Source: a virus. From it: 32,000 nt of DNA. Below the pieces are notes generated by a model. That model had not been told where the DNA came from. It was given only the letters and a program-made list of their open reading frames with translations, and made no database searches. This document shows positions 1-9,299 of the stretch, one piece after another; the first letter of the stretch is position 1, and each line of letters starts with the position of its first letter. Where the stretch lies: IMG/VR virus record IMGVR_UViG_3300029789_000186, positions 35,460-67,459 of that record; one strand, given 5' to 3'. Made by a program: the position numbers and the translations under genes.

Positions 1-1044
1 TATGCCGAGCAGAGCAGTCAATTTCTTGCGAATTCTGGGGCCAACAAGCTGCTGGATAAAGGCTATGACTACTATGTAAGTGAATTTATTCCGCTTGGGC
101 ACCGCCTTATCCAAAATGGTCAAATTGCTGCCAATGCGATGGATGGGGAGCTTGCCGCACAATTTTCGATGGCATACGTCGCAAACTATTGGCGTGCAGC
201 GAAAACCGTATATAATTTTGCGCCGGAGTTTCTCAGAACATTGGCTGAGACTGAGGACGCACCGATTTATTCCGATATCATGATGCGGCTGCCATACAGA
301 GATTTTGTCATGAATCTTCCTGCTGGTTCCCATCATGATGCGATGTTCGTACACATCGAGTTTGATGCTTCCCATGGGCCGAACGATGTGGATACGCTCT
401 TCCTGATTGTCCCTTTCAAGGCAAACCCCAATTTTGACAGTATCGAGCTCTGTCAATGTATGCAGTGGTGCCTCAACGGTAAGAAGCTAATTGAGTCCTA
501 TCGGCGCAACAACGACGCACGTGAACAAGCATTTCAAAGCGGAACGGATTCCGCGACCGTCAATGACGCCAAGATTTCAAACGTACCGGGTGCCGTTCTC
601 AGCGAGGAAGAGCTGGAAAAGCAGCGGGAATTTAATGCTGGTATCGAACCGTATCTTCGTGTCGCGGTTTCTGCAGCTTATTACCTTGCATCCAAGAATG
701 CTGAAATCAAAGAGGTAAAAATCCCGAAAGAGAAGCGGCCCATCCTTGTTTCCAAATCTGGCGCAGCTCCTAAAAGAGTCAACATCAAAACCTATAATGT
801 CGGTTTTGTAATCGGGAAGAGCTTTGAAAAGCAGCTGGCTTCCGGTACAGAATATCAGAAATCTACGGCAGCTGGTACGGACCGTACGGTCAGACCTCAT
901 GTCCGCCGTGCTCATTGGCACCATTATTGGGTTGGAGAAGGTCGAACTCGCTTAGAAGTCCGCTGGATTGAGCCAACTTTTGTGCTGCCGGAAGGAAAAC
1001 GTGAGATAAAAATTGCAACAGAAAGACGCGTCATGGGCACTTAA
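1..1044 (+). CDS. Hypothetical protein, 5' end outside window
   Basis: Frame 1 is open from base 1 through the 139..1044 ORF; TAA stop at 1042-1044. Confidence 0.8.
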   Translation, partial: YAEQSSQFLANSGANKLLDKGYDYYVSEFIPLGHRLIQNGQIAANAMDGELAAQFSMAYVANYWRAAKTVYNFAPEFLRTLAETEDAPIYSDIMMRLPYRDFVMNLPAGSHHDAMFVHIEFDASHGPNDVDTLFLIVPFKANPNFDSIELCQCMQWCLNGKKLIESYRRNNDAREQAFQSGTDSATVNDAKISNVPGAVLSEEELEKQREFNAGIEPYLRVAVSAAYYLASKNAEIKEVKIPKEKRPILVSKSGAAPKRVNIKTYNVGFVIGKSFEKQLASGTEYQKSTAAGTDRTVRPHVRRAHWHHYWVGEGRTRLEVRWIEPTFVLPEGKREIKIATERRVMGT

Positions 1045-1055
1045 AGGAGATTCAT

Positions 1056-1595
1056 ATGAAAGCAAACTACAAAGTAATCGCAAACAAGCAGAAAATTCTT
1101 GAAAAAGAAATTGAAAATTTCGAGCCAACATCAACAATGTCAGTGCTTCTGATGCGCTACAGCATCATACAAGGGCTACTCCAGGTTAAGGTGAACGAAA
1201 AAGATGAGAATGGTATCCCGAATATTAGCCCTGTGGATATGGCATACGAGATGACCACTTTCTTCGGCGACGCCGTCAATGCTGCGGCTGATGATTTCAC
1301 AAATGATGATGAGGACGACAGCACAATAAAATTTGATGGCACCGTTGATGAATTCCGGCAAGAACTGGCTAATCGGGTTCTGATAACACTCAGCCTGGCG
1401 TTTGAACATGAATTCATAAATTTTACAGAACAAACCGGGATTACCCGCGCCCAGTATGAGATTCTTGCCGCTGAATACATCGCCCACGCTGAAGATGATG
1501 GCAGCAAAGTATCCGAAATGTTCAAAGGTGACGATTCTGAAAAAACCAAGCCCAAAGGTTGGACCAGCGCCACACCACAAAACAGACGAAGCTAA
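1056..1595 (+). CDS. Hypothetical protein (179 aa)
   Basis: ATG preceded by AAAGGAG; same strand and tight spacing with upstream CDS. Confidence 0.8.
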   Translation: MKANYKVIANKQKILEKEIENFEPTSTMSVLLMRYSIIQGLLQVKVNEKDENGIPNISPVDMAYEMTTFFGDAVNAAADDFTNDDEDDSTIKFDGTVDEFRQELANRVLITLSLAFEHEFINFTEQTGITRAQYEILAAEYIAHAEDDGSKVSEMFKGDDSEKTKPKGWTSATPQNRRS

Positions 1596-1604
1596 AAAAG
1601 CCAC

Positions 1605-1632
1605 TTGCACGAATGTGCGAACCGCCTAAAAT
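1605..1632 (+). promoter_or_regulatory. Promoter P1: TTGCAC-N16-TAAAAT with TGCGA in spacer
   Basis: gaatGTGCGAaccgcc spacer; member of the 12-copy family. Confidence 0.75.
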
Positions 1633-1639
1633 AATAATT

Positions 1640-1693
1640 GCATAACAGATACCATCACTTACCTCCTAACTGAACATTAACAATCTGTCATGC
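1640..1693 (+). promoter_or_regulatory. Leader stem GCATaACAGAT / ATCTGTcATGC after P1
   Basis: 4+6 bp stem with one 1x1 mismatch enclosing AGATACCATC continuation and CCTCCT. Confidence 0.5.
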
Positions 1694-1699
1694 TTGTAA

Positions 1700-1733
1700 G
1701 CAGACTCTCTTTTGAGGGCCTGCTTCTTTTTTT
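1700..1733 (+). terminator. Intrinsic terminator/attenuator before CDS 1780
   Basis: GCAGACTCTCttttGAGGGCCTGC followed by TTCTTTTTTT. Confidence 0.7.
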
Positions 1734-1779
1734 GTATGTATTGATTAGAAACAAAAATATTTCAGAAAGGATGAATACT

Positions 1780-2022
1780 ATGACCACAAATACCAAGAAC
1801 AGCTTTACCAGGTTCGCAGCTGCCGCAAAAGATTGCTTCTATGTGAATTCTTTTCGTGCAGACTTAGTTCAGTGCGACAGGGCCTTGAAAATGGACGGCG
1901 AGATGCACGTCGAAGCGGAATGCTGGATGAACATTTTGGATGCCCTGGACGATAACGACATCAAGATGTATGTCGATAACGAATACCGTCCCGGGCTTTT
2001 GAACCCGTTCCATAAATGGTGA
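1780..2022 (+). CDS. Small protein with AECW...PGLLNPF motif, paralogue of 17310..17555
   Basis: SD AGAAAGG; shared AECW, YV...Y.PGLLNPF with the second copy in this window. Confidence 0.75.
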   Translation: MTTNTKNSFTRFAAAAKDCFYVNSFRADLVQCDRALKMDGEMHVEAECWMNILDALDDNDIKMYVDNEYRPGLLNPFHKW

Positions 2023-2044
2023 CGCTCCAAAAACAAGTCAATAA

Positions 2045-2064
2045 CCCACGACTAAAGTCGTGGG
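2045..2064. other. Perfect 9-bp palindrome CCCACGACT-AA-AGTCGTGGG, IS200/IS605-end-like
   Basis: Intergenic hairpin resembling subterminal hairpins of IS200/IS605 ends; also GTCGTGGG at 8724-8731. Confidence 0.45.
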
Positions 2065-2124
2065 CTTGCGTCAGTAAGAAATCCCACCAAAAAAAAATAC
2101 CCGAAGTGTGAAAGGAGCATAACA

Positions 2125-2607
2125 ATGCTTAATTCAAATATCAATAAAACCCTTGAAATCAACTCGAATAAAGCCGTTCTTCTCAGCATCAAGAAGCAAT
2201 GGCTTGAAAAAATTCTGAGCGGAGAAAAGACTGTTGAGGTCCGAAAAACTATGCCGTGGGAAATTAGCTATCCTTTTGTAGTATTTTGCTACGAAACCAA
2301 AGCTAACGGTGGTGCTGGAAAAGTGACTGCCGCATTTGTTTGCCGTGCCATCAATACACTCGATTGCCTGCGTGAGCTTCCGGCATATGCTATTGGCACG
2401 GAAGTGACCGAAAAGACCGCTCAATTCGTGAAGGACAGCTGCCTTACCGCAAATGAGCTGATTGCATACGGCAATAAGTCCGGCACTCTTTATTGCTGGA
2501 ACGTTTCTGATGTCCAATCTATGGATATGTCGCTGCGAGAGCTCGGCGTTAAGCGAGCACCACAGTCCTGGATGTATCTGCGGATTCCTGATAACAAGAC
2601 GTTCTGA
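2125..2607 (+). CDS. ASCH/PUA-like domain protein
   Basis: N-terminal VLLSIKKQWLEKILSGEKTVEVRKTMP is typical of ASCH-domain proteins; SD GAAAGGAG. Confidence 0.75.
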   Translation: MLNSNINKTLEINSNKAVLLSIKKQWLEKILSGEKTVEVRKTMPWEISYPFVVFCYETKANGGAGKVTAAFVCRAINTLDCLRELPAYAIGTEVTEKTAQFVKDSCLTANELIAYGNKSGTLYCWNVSDVQSMDMSLRELGVKRAPQSWMYLRIPDNKTF

Positions 2608-2704
2608 ACGATGTCTGTTTGGGCTGGCTACGTGTACAAGCCAAACAAAATATCAACTACACGATAAAAACACACTCGAATGAATGATTCATCGTGCGAA
2701 CAAC

Positions 2705-2739
2705 GCAGACTCTCGATTTTTGAGGGCCTGCTATTTTTT
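2705..2739 (+). terminator. Terminator-like hairpin immediately upstream of CDS 2759
   Basis: GCAGACTCTCgatttttGAGGGCCTGC followed by TATTTTTTA. Confidence 0.6.
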
Positions 2740-2758
2740 ATTTCAGGAGGAAAAATCG

Positions 2759-3298
2759 ATGATTCTCTATCATATCATGGCAGACACCGGTTACTTGCCG
2801 GACGATGTCATTCCACAGATACCAACGAATCGGATAAAAGGGGAGAACCAAGAAATCCCAAGAATTTGTCTTGGGCATACCCTTGACGACTGCCTGACCA
2901 GCATCGGCATTGCGCATTTTGTCTCAAAATTCCTGCTCGCTGAGCTGCGTCAGAACAAAAAATACTCCAAGGACATGCCGTTACCGTTCATTGTCCGAAT
3001 GTACAACATCAAGGACGAAGACCCGAATCTCTTGACCGAGGAAGAAACACAGAAATATGTGGCGGATTCTGTCGTGACCAGTGAATGCTGGCTCACAAGA
3101 TACGAGAAACCCGTCAAAATCCAGAAACTTTGGCTTGTGGGTGGTGAAGTTGTTCTTTGGCCCTATATCGTTGACGGCGTTGTATACAATTACCCAATCG
3201 TCCGTAACTCAATTTGGGCAGACAGCAAAACCTTGCCGGACCCGGAATTTCAGAATCAAATCATGGATATCACTCAGAAATGGCTTAACGAAGCCTGA
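2759..3298 (+). CDS. Hypothetical protein
   Basis: SD AGGAGG then ATG at 2759; ORF open to 3298. Confidence 0.75.
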   Translation: MILYHIMADTGYLPDDVIPQIPTNRIKGENQEIPRICLGHTLDDCLTSIGIAHFVSKFLLAELRQNKKYSKDMPLPFIVRMYNIKDEDPNLLTEEETQKYVADSVVTSECWLTRYEKPVKIQKLWLVGGEVVLWPYIVDGVVYNYPIVRNSIWADSKTLPDPEFQNQIMDITQKWLNEA

Positions 3299-3320
3299 AA
3301 AAGAAGCACATCAAAAGCTC

Positions 3321-3348
3321 TTGCACATCCTTGCGAATTCCATAGTAT
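3321..3348 (+). promoter_or_regulatory. Promoter P2: TTGCAC-N16-TAGTAT
   Basis: Spacer atccTTGCGAattcca. Confidence 0.75.
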
Positions 3349-3353
3349 TAAAG

Positions 3354-3399
3354 TTGTACGACAGATAACATCTACTTTGCACACCGCGTGCTCGTACAA
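3354..3399 (+). promoter_or_regulatory. Leader stem TTGTACGA/TCGTACAA with inner GCAC/GTGC hairpin
   Basis: Inverted repeat at 3354-3361 and 3392-3399; inner stem 3379-3382 and 3388-3391. Confidence 0.65.
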
Positions 3400-3422
3400 T
3401 TCATAATTCTGTTCTCATTCAA

Positions 3423-3458
3423 GGCAGACTCATCTTCATGATGGGCCTGCCTTTTTTT
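3423..3458 (+). terminator. Intrinsic terminator/attenuator
   Basis: GGCAGACTCATCttcatGATGGGCCTGCC followed by TTTTTTT. Confidence 0.75.
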
Positions 3459-3550
3459 GTTTACAGAAAAAGGAGGAATTCAAAACAAACCACAAATCTC
3501 AAATCACAATCTTCCGCTACAAGGAAAAGACACAAAAAAGGAGTCACAAA

Positions 3551-4378
3551 ATGAAAGTCGAAAAGAATAATAACAGCATTTTTCGGAACAAGCATGTCCT
3601 GGTTGTCGTCGCGGTGATGTGTATTTTTACCATCATCGCCTGCATGGGTTTTATGCTTTCTGTTCCTGCACACGCAGAGGAAAACATAGCTCCCAAAACC
3701 GAACCTATCGCTTTTTCCACTCCCATTGAAACGGTGAATGAGCTCGATAAAGCGTTCCCGATAACGGAAACTTCCGAAGAAGCACAGGAGGAGATTACAA
3801 CTGCTGAGGTCAAATCTTCCGATGCTGCAGAACCGGAACCACAAATTGAGACCGCAGAAGCAGCCATCGAAGAAACCGAACCGAAACCCGAAACAATTCC
3901 AGATAATCTCAACGACAATGAGCTTGAAATCTACACAGCTCTGCGGTCCGCTGGTCTTTCCAAGGCCGGTACTGCCGCAGTGATGGGCTGCATGTCGATG
4001 GAAAGTGGTCTTAAAGCCTCGGCCGAAAACCCTTCGGATGGCGGCTATGGACTCCTGCAATGGACTTATAGCCGAAAGACAGACCTTTTCAACTGGTGTT
4101 ATGGCAATGGCTATGACCCCAACACCGTTACGGGACAGGTGATGTTCTTCGTGTATGAGCTCAATAGCACATACAGCAAGGCCGCCAAATACTCATATCC
4201 GGTGTACGAAACTCTCACTACAAGCGACAGCCTGGAAGATTGCCTTTCGATGTTCTTCTCCCATATGGAAGCAGGAACCAACGTGATAATCTCTTCCCGC
4301 AAAGTCTATGCAGGAGGGCTGACCACGTTAGACCTGTACCGCAAACGCTTAACTGCCGCTTACAAATACTTCATTTGA
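3551..4378 (+). CDS. Signal-anchored protein with phage-tail-lysozyme-like domain
   Basis: N-terminal TM (VLVVVAVMCIFTIIACMGFML), acidic linker, then GLSKAGTAAVMGCMSMESGLKASAENPSDGGYGLLQWT. Confidence 0.75.
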   Translation: MKVEKNNNSIFRNKHVLVVVAVMCIFTIIACMGFMLSVPAHAEENIAPKTEPIAFSTPIETVNELDKAFPITETSEEAQEEITTAEVKSSDAAEPEPQIETAEAAIEETEPKPETIPDNLNDNELEIYTALRSAGLSKAGTAAVMGCMSMESGLKASAENPSDGGYGLLQWTYSRKTDLFNWCYGNGYDPNTVTGQVMFFVYELNSTYSKAAKYSYPVYETLTTSDSLEDCLSMFFSHMEAGTNVIISSRKVYAGGLTTLDLYRKRLTAAYKYFI

Positions 4379-4395
4379 ATTAGGAGGAAATCACA

Positions 4396-4731
4396 ATGAA
4401 AACAACCGTTTATCTGTCCCGAAAACTCTTGAACCAGTTAAAGGTAAAAGAAACCGAAAGCAAAGACCTTATGCTAACCCATAACCTACACAACATCATC
4501 ATCAACGGTAAGCGTGTTGGCTGCTCTGGCCACATTCAGAACGTTCTCAACAATAAGTGCGTTTACGTCAGCACTGAAAAGAGTTGCTATCAGCCCTTGT
4601 CTGACAAGAACATGGTTTGCTATGCCGCCAGTATGAAAGATTACTCCTCTGTATCGCTCGGCGCAAAAGGACGTAATCAGTTCGTGACCAATGATGAGTT
4701 GGTTGGAAAAATCATTGATATGCTCCGATAA
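4396..4731 (+). CDS. Hypothetical protein (111 aa)
   Basis: SD AGGAGG upstream; operonic spacing. Confidence 0.75.
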   Translation: MKTTVYLSRKLLNQLKVKETESKDLMLTHNLHNIIINGKRVGCSGHIQNVLNNKCVYVSTEKSCYQPLSDKNMVCYAASMKDYSSVSLGAKGRNQFVTNDELVGKIIDMLR

Positions 4732-4758
4732 GGGCATAAACAGAAAGAGAAAAAGCTC

Positions 4759-4929
4759 ATGAAAACCGGCATCAAAAGTCAGATAGTAATAGTATCTGCT
4801 GTGGCAGCTGTTCTGCTCATTGTTATGAGCGTCTGTGCAATTGCGGAGAGCATTACCTTTGAGAAGGTTGCTGCTCTCGCTGCAAGCGCACTTGCCTTGA
4901 ACAAATGCTGCGGCATCCTGTTAAACTAA
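4759..4929 (+). CDS. Small membrane protein (56 aa), absent from ORF track
   Basis: MKTGIKSQIVIVSAVAAVLLIVMSVCAIAESITFEKVAALAASALALNKCCGILLN; fits between neighbours in the operon. Confidence 0.65.
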   Translation: MKTGIKSQIVIVSAVAAVLLIVMSVCAIAESITFEKVAALAASALALNKCCGILLN

Positions 4930-4941
4930 GGAGAAAAAATC

Positions 4942-5523
4942 ATGAAGAATAAATACAAAGTTGTTGCCTTGGTTCCTTTGGAGTTCTCTGTTAAGGGAAG
5001 CTCCGATTCCAAAGAGGCAATCGAATCCGTCAAAAACATTTTCGAAGCGTGTCGGAATGATAACGACTGCGCGGACATCGTTTTTGATGGCATCGAAGAG
5101 TCACTTCGTCACGACAGTATCGAGTACAAAGTTGAAGCCGCCCAGCCTGAACCTGAGGTGAAGGCAAATTCCGATATCCGTTCTGTTGCCTCCGATATCT
5201 GCGACGTCTTCGAGAACTATCTCGACGAAAACGGTGTCTATATTGTGTGTGACGATGCAGACGAAGAGCAAGACCGAAAAGCAAACGAAAGCGGCGCGAT
5301 GTTGTATGGCATGGAATATTGGCATCTTGTCGAAGATGTCGAGTTCCGTGTGAATCATATAAATGCACAATACAAGCTGTTCACCGTCTTTGATATTATG
5401 GAGGCATTTGATAAACTTCTCATTTCCAAAAAGCTTGGTGACTTTGTACCGAGCGGCGAAAATCGTTACCGTTTGTATGCAAAAATCCTGAGCTGTCTGC
5501 GTTCTATCAGGGAGAAATTGTAA
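4942..5523 (+). CDS. Hypothetical protein (193 aa)
   Basis: SD AAGGAG; stop overlaps next start. Confidence 0.75.
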   Translation: MKNKYKVVALVPLEFSVKGSSDSKEAIESVKNIFEACRNDNDCADIVFDGIEESLRHDSIEYKVEAAQPEPEVKANSDIRSVASDICDVFENYLDENGVYIVCDDADEEQDRKANESGAMLYGMEYWHLVEDVEFRVNHINAQYKLFTVFDIMEAFDKLLISKKLGDFVPSGENRYRLYAKILSCLRSIREKL

Positions 5524-6050
5524 TGAAAGGCTGGAACAGTTCTAAGCACCCCATTCTCACCGCAAACCAGATGCCTGCGCCGATTCATTGGAACCCAATG
5601 AACAAGGATTGGAAAATGCGGCTTACCAAAAGCCAAATTTACAACACCTCTTCTGGATTCAATGCTCAGACGCTCGGTGACATGAAGGAACTGCACGACA
5701 AAATTCTCACCTTTGGCGGGGATGAAGTCTGCATGACGGAATTTGACGAAGACGCCCCAAAAATCCTCAAACGCGGCCAATTCTTTTATGGCAGCAGCTA
5801 TATGAGAAAAGGTCAGGATTGCCAGTGCCATTACAATTCCGCAAGACTTTGGTATAAAAACAAAGACCGGTGCTTTATTGCAACGGGGTATGCTCTTTCC
5901 GAAGACGGGCTCTGGCGCTGTCATTCCTGGGTCGTTCAGCCAATGGCACGCACCGTTCGCGTGTGGGAAACCACCGTCAAGCGTGTTGCCTATTTCGGCG
6001 TGGTTTTGACCAGCGAGGAATGCGAAGACTTTGTCGAGAACAACACATAA
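5523..6050 (+). CDS. Hypothetical protein (175 aa)
   Basis: TAATG overlap with preceding CDS. Confidence 0.75.
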   Translation: MKGWNSSKHPILTANQMPAPIHWNPMNKDWKMRLTKSQIYNTSSGFNAQTLGDMKELHDKILTFGGDEVCMTEFDEDAPKILKRGQFFYGSSYMRKGQDCQCHYNSARLWYKNKDRCFIATGYALSEDGLWRCHSWVVQPMARTVRVWETTVKRVAYFGVVLTSEECEDFVENNT

Positions 6051-6071
6051 CAATTGAGGAGGTTACCCAAC

Positions 6072-7073
6072 ATGGGTGAACAACTACATTTCAGTATGGA
6101 TGGTGAGTTCCTCACCGCCATTGCACGTGACTGGTTCTGGAATATGGACAAGCCGTATAAAAAGTGTGAGGAGCTGCTGCTCTCCTGCATGATGGGTGGC
6201 AACGAGGAAGAAAAAAGGCATGTTTGCCAGGACATTATCGAAGGCCGGAAAAAACTTGTTGGTGTCAATGAGTTTGAACTTGTCGATGACAATGTTCATG
6301 TTCGTTCCCTCGGGCAGAAGGTTGAGGAGCTTCAACACAAGATGCTGGTCAATCAAATTCGTGAGGATATGATTGCACATCCGCTCAATTATGTTGACCG
6401 CTTTGCTATGACTGATAGCTATGAAACGCTCTGCACCAATGCAAAACATCATTATATCGATTGCAGCTATGACGGTATCAAGTGCTTCCTCTATGGGAAA
6501 ACGGGTTATTCTGATGTATTCAACAACGGTGCATGGCTTTTTACCCACCCAGACCTTGTTGCAGAATTCAATGGCGAACCGCTTCCTGAGCAGGAATCCA
6601 ACCCGGAATTCTACAAAACCGATTTTTGGACCAAGCTTGCCTCTTGGATTGAAGCAAACATGAAAGGCACATCCGTTGAACGCCGTCAGCGACTGTACAA
6701 CAGCTATATCAGTGATAGACCCATTCAGCATCAGCTGACCGAATATGGTCTGATTGCTCCCGATGGCACCTGGTATGCCTGCGAGTTTGGCGAGCACGCT
6801 GCCCTGGCTGGCCGCATCATCATGCGCAATCGAGAAACGTTTGGTCTTTCTGACCATGAAGTTCTCAATATGGCGTATGACTGGAGCGGCAAGGGTCTCG
6901 ATTTCCTATATAAACGCGGTTGGATTGCCATTCGTAATCCTTCGATGGGCAATACATTCCTCGATATGGATGAGACCAAAACCGCAACAAAAGCTCAAGT
7001 AAATACCATTTTTGACTATATTTCTAAATTCAACCGCTATGACATGAATGTTTCCAAGGTCATGGCTGACTAA
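6072..7073 (+). CDS. Hypothetical protein (333 aa from preferred start)
   Basis: SD GAGGAGG then ATG at 6072 (MGEQLHFSMDGE). Confidence 0.75.
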   Translation: MGEQLHFSMDGEFLTAIARDWFWNMDKPYKKCEELLLSCMMGGNEEEKRHVCQDIIEGRKKLVGVNEFELVDDNVHVRSLGQKVEELQHKMLVNQIREDMIAHPLNYVDRFAMTDSYETLCTNAKHHYIDCSYDGIKCFLYGKTGYSDVFNNGAWLFTHPDLVAEFNGEPLPEQESNPEFYKTDFWTKLASWIEANMKGTSVERRQRLYNSYISDRPIQHQLTEYGLIAPDGTWYACEFGEHAALAGRIIMRNRETFGLSDHEVLNMAYDWSGKGLDFLYKRGWIAIRNPSMGNTFLDMDETKTATKAQVNTIFDYISKFNRYDMNVSKVMAD

Positions 7074-7090
7074 AAAAGGAGATTTTTATT

Positions 7091-7666
7091 ATGACTTCCA
7101 ATATGACTATGACCGCTATTTCCATCTGTAATTTTCTGAAACTCATCGTGAAAAGCACGGTTGAGCATTACACCGAGGATTTCAAGCTGGACATAAAGAT
7201 TTTTAAGCGCTATGCAAAAGAAGCGCAGGAAACCGGAAAGCCCGTATCGATGCTCTGGTTCTGCCGCTCTTGTGGAACGTATCTCTGCCCTGAGGAAGAT
7301 GCATACAAGAAAGATACTCCCATGTTCATCACGTTCAAATACTATGATGAGCAGGAAGAGGAAGAAGCCCGGACCATTAAGGCTTTTCTGGTCACTGTGA
7401 CAGGGATGGAAGGACAAAAGCCAGTTGGCTATATCACTCCCATCAACTATGCGGATGAATGTGACCGCATTCGCCGTTACGCAGTACCTGCCGAAAAGGT
7501 CGAGCTTGTCTATGATAAAGGTTCCCTTGTCCAGAACAATGGCAACTATACGATTCTGAAGCATCCCAAGCTTGGTACACTTCAGAAAACGAAATTCTTG
7601 GCCGATGACCCTGACGCGCTTGATTATGCGCTGCATATGGCTCGCAATGAGAGAAAGGCAGGGTGA
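7091..7666 (+). CDS. Hypothetical protein (191 aa) with a CRSCGTYLCP cysteine pair
   Basis: AAAAGGAG SD; long ORF. Confidence 0.75.
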   Translation: MTSNMTMTAISICNFLKLIVKSTVEHYTEDFKLDIKIFKRYAKEAQETGKPVSMLWFCRSCGTYLCPEEDAYKKDTPMFITFKYYDEQEEEEARTIKAFLVTVTGMEGQKPVGYITPINYADECDRIRRYAVPAEKVELVYDKGSLVQNNGNYTILKHPKLGTLQKTKFLADDPDALDYALHMARNERKAG

Positions 7667-7671
7667 CAGCC

Positions 7672-7911
7672 ATGAATGAGTACGAAGCAACAATACAAAT
7701 CAACCCAACCGACGATATCAAGTTCATACTTGAGGAGTCCGGCTGCTATGAGTCTGAAATTGAAATGATGAAGGCCGGTGGCACCTATGATGCGTTTGTC
7801 AAGCGTGTCTATGATGCCATCGACTGGTCTCATCTGTCTGAGCGTATTGCTCAGATGGAAAACGAAGCCATCACGGCAGCTATCGACAAATTGTCTGATA
7901 GCATGATTTGA
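7672..7911 (+). CDS. Small hypothetical protein (79 aa)
   Basis: ATG at 7672 (MNEYEATIQINP); operonic. Confidence 0.6.
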   Translation: MNEYEATIQINPTDDIKFILEESGCYESEIEMMKAGGTYDAFVKRVYDAIDWSHLSERIAQMENEAITAAIDKLSDSMI

Positions 7912-7930
7912 TTGTTAGGAGGTAAATACT

Positions 7931-8503
7931 ATGTACATTCTCATTAAAAACCAGGAAGGCGAAAGCATGAACTTGCTTTCCCAGAATACCGATTTCAACG
8001 CTCTACTGGCAGCCATGAAAACTGACGTTGAGGCAGAGTACGAAAAGGCAACAGGTTATGCGATTGACCTTGACGAGGATTCCGGCAGCGATTATGAAGT
8101 CGGTATCAACGTTGAGGACAGTGCAGCAGACGGTTTCTGCCTTGCGTCCGGGTATATGTACGGCGCAGACAGCAATTTTGACTGGGGTGTTTTCAAAGTA
8201 AAGTCTCAGAAAAGCAATACCGCAGCAAAACCCTACATTAACCTGGATATGAACAAGTTCTTTCGGCAGAAAATGCTGCTGATTGACCTCTCGGCGAAAG
8301 TAAAGGACCTCGGCTATGACCATCTGGCCGATGAACTTTGGGGCGCAGTCGGTGTCTTCGATGCTGTACAGGATGCAGCTGAAGAAGACGGTGCTTTCAC
8401 ATCTCCGGAAGCAGATGAAGAAACTGGTCTGTTCCTTGACGATTTTTATAACGACGTTCTGGAAAAGATTCTGAACGCCGACAAGAAAAAGGAGGAAAAG
8501 TAA
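7931..8503 (+). CDS. Hypothetical acidic protein
   Basis: SD TTAGGAGG; C-terminal DAAEEDGAF..PEADE resembles CDS 25294. Confidence 0.75.
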   Translation: MYILIKNQEGESMNLLSQNTDFNALLAAMKTDVEAEYEKATGYAIDLDEDSGSDYEVGINVEDSAADGFCLASGYMYGADSNFDWGVFKVKSQKSNTAAKPYINLDMNKFFRQKMLLIDLSAKVKDLGYDHLADELWGAVGVFDAVQDAAEEDGAFTSPEADEETGLFLDDFYNDVLEKILNADKKKEEK

Positions 8504-8506
8504 GCC

Positions 8507-8560
8507 ATGAGACTCTACATCCAAGGCGAACACGGTAAGCTCCTGACTTTTACAAAATGA
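8507..8560 (+). pseudogene. 17-aa ORF apparently cut by an IS200/IS605-like remnant
   Basis: GGAGG SD then MRLYIQGEHGKLLTFTK*; followed within about 12 nt by IS-end-like palindrome. Confidence 0.4.
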
Positions 8561-8572
8561 AGGCTGGGAAAG

Positions 8573-8738
8573 CCCACGGTTTCAACCGTGGGGTGAAAGG
8601 CCAACACTAAAGAAACATTCTGAGGGTAACAATCAGAATTGACACATTCATGTTGTAATGATTCATATGTGCTTAACGCATTTGTATCGCTATAAAAGTT
8701 AGCCAGAAGCTCTACGACTTTAGTCGTGGGGTGAAAGG
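8573..8738. mobile_element. Miniature IS200/IS605-like (PATE-like) element or tnpB end remnant
   Basis: Hairpin CCCACGGT-ttca-ACCGTGGG (8573-8592), hairpin CTACGACT-tt-AGTCGTGG (8712-8729), and a 14-bp direct repeat CGTGGGGTGAAAGG at 8587-8600 and 8725-8738. Confidence 0.5.
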
Positions 8739-8759
8739 TGTCTAAGTAAAAAAATAGTT

Positions 8760-8787
8760 GCTGTCTATCTTCGGATAGGCAGCTTTT
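8760..8787 (+). terminator. Intrinsic terminator
   Basis: GCTGTCTATC-ttcg-GATAGGCAGC then TTTT. Confidence 0.7.
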
Positions 8788-8789
8788 GT

Positions 8790-8817
8790 TTGCCTGTGCT
8801 TGCGAATTGCCTATCAT
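8790..8817 (+). promoter_or_regulatory. Promoter P3: TTGCCT-N16-TATCAT
   Basis: Spacer gtgcTTGCGAattgcc; no attenuator between it and the SD. Confidence 0.7.
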
Positions 8818-8853
8818 GAATAGTAGAGCTCAAATGAAAGGAGGACGCTATTT

Positions 8854-8925
8854 ATGCGCATGGTTGTTAAAACTTACAAGTACAAGCTGTACAACAGTGC
8901 AAAACGCACGAGTATCGTGCTTTGA
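8854..8925 (+). pseudogene. tnpB/orfB N-terminal remnant
   Basis: AAAGGAGG SD then MRMVVKTYKYKLYNSAKRTSIVL*; KTYKYKLY is typical of TnpB N-termini. Confidence 0.45.
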
Positions 8926-8974
8926 TTATTCCGGCACCTGTTATTCATCTTTATGGTGAGCAGGGCCAGGATGA

Positions 8975-9299
8975 ATCGGATTGGTTTGCGTCAACAACCC
9001 CGCCTTAACCAGTCCGCTGGTTATAGATGGGGCTTGCAGGGCAACCCGTAAGCCCGGTTGATTAGCCTAAGTCTGCTGCTCCAGCGGCAGGAAACTACGT
9101 TGTGTACTAATAATATAGGCACCTTACTCATGCTCCACAAGTGGTAAGCACTGCGGACGGCTCGTTAAACATCTCTAAGGGTAGGAGAAGTGCGAACGTC
9201 ATGTCGAAAGGCTAAAACGGTATAACAACATTGGCGATGTGGACCACAGGGCGCAAGCCCTGACTTATCGATTCATTATTTACGAAAGGAGTACCTTGC
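8975..9299 (+). ncRNA. HEARO/omega-RNA-like RNA upstream of IscB-1 (5' boundary approximate)
   Basis: Dense stems: AACCAG-tccg-CTGGTT inside CCCC/GGGG, GGGCTT...AAGCCC (9030-9055), CTGCTGCT/AGCGGCAG, TGCTCCAC/GTGG..AGCA, CAGGGC-gcaa-GCCCTG; ends at the iscB start. Confidence 0.75.

Noticed and set aside
2683-2712. ATCGTGCGAACAACGCAG as a thirteenth family promoter
   Set aside because: It contains GTGCGA but has neither TANNAT at the right distance nor a TTG hexamer.
3525-3550. AAAAAAGGAGTCACAAA region as a separate regulatory repeat
   Set aside because: It is a plain Shine-Dalgarno for CDS 3551.
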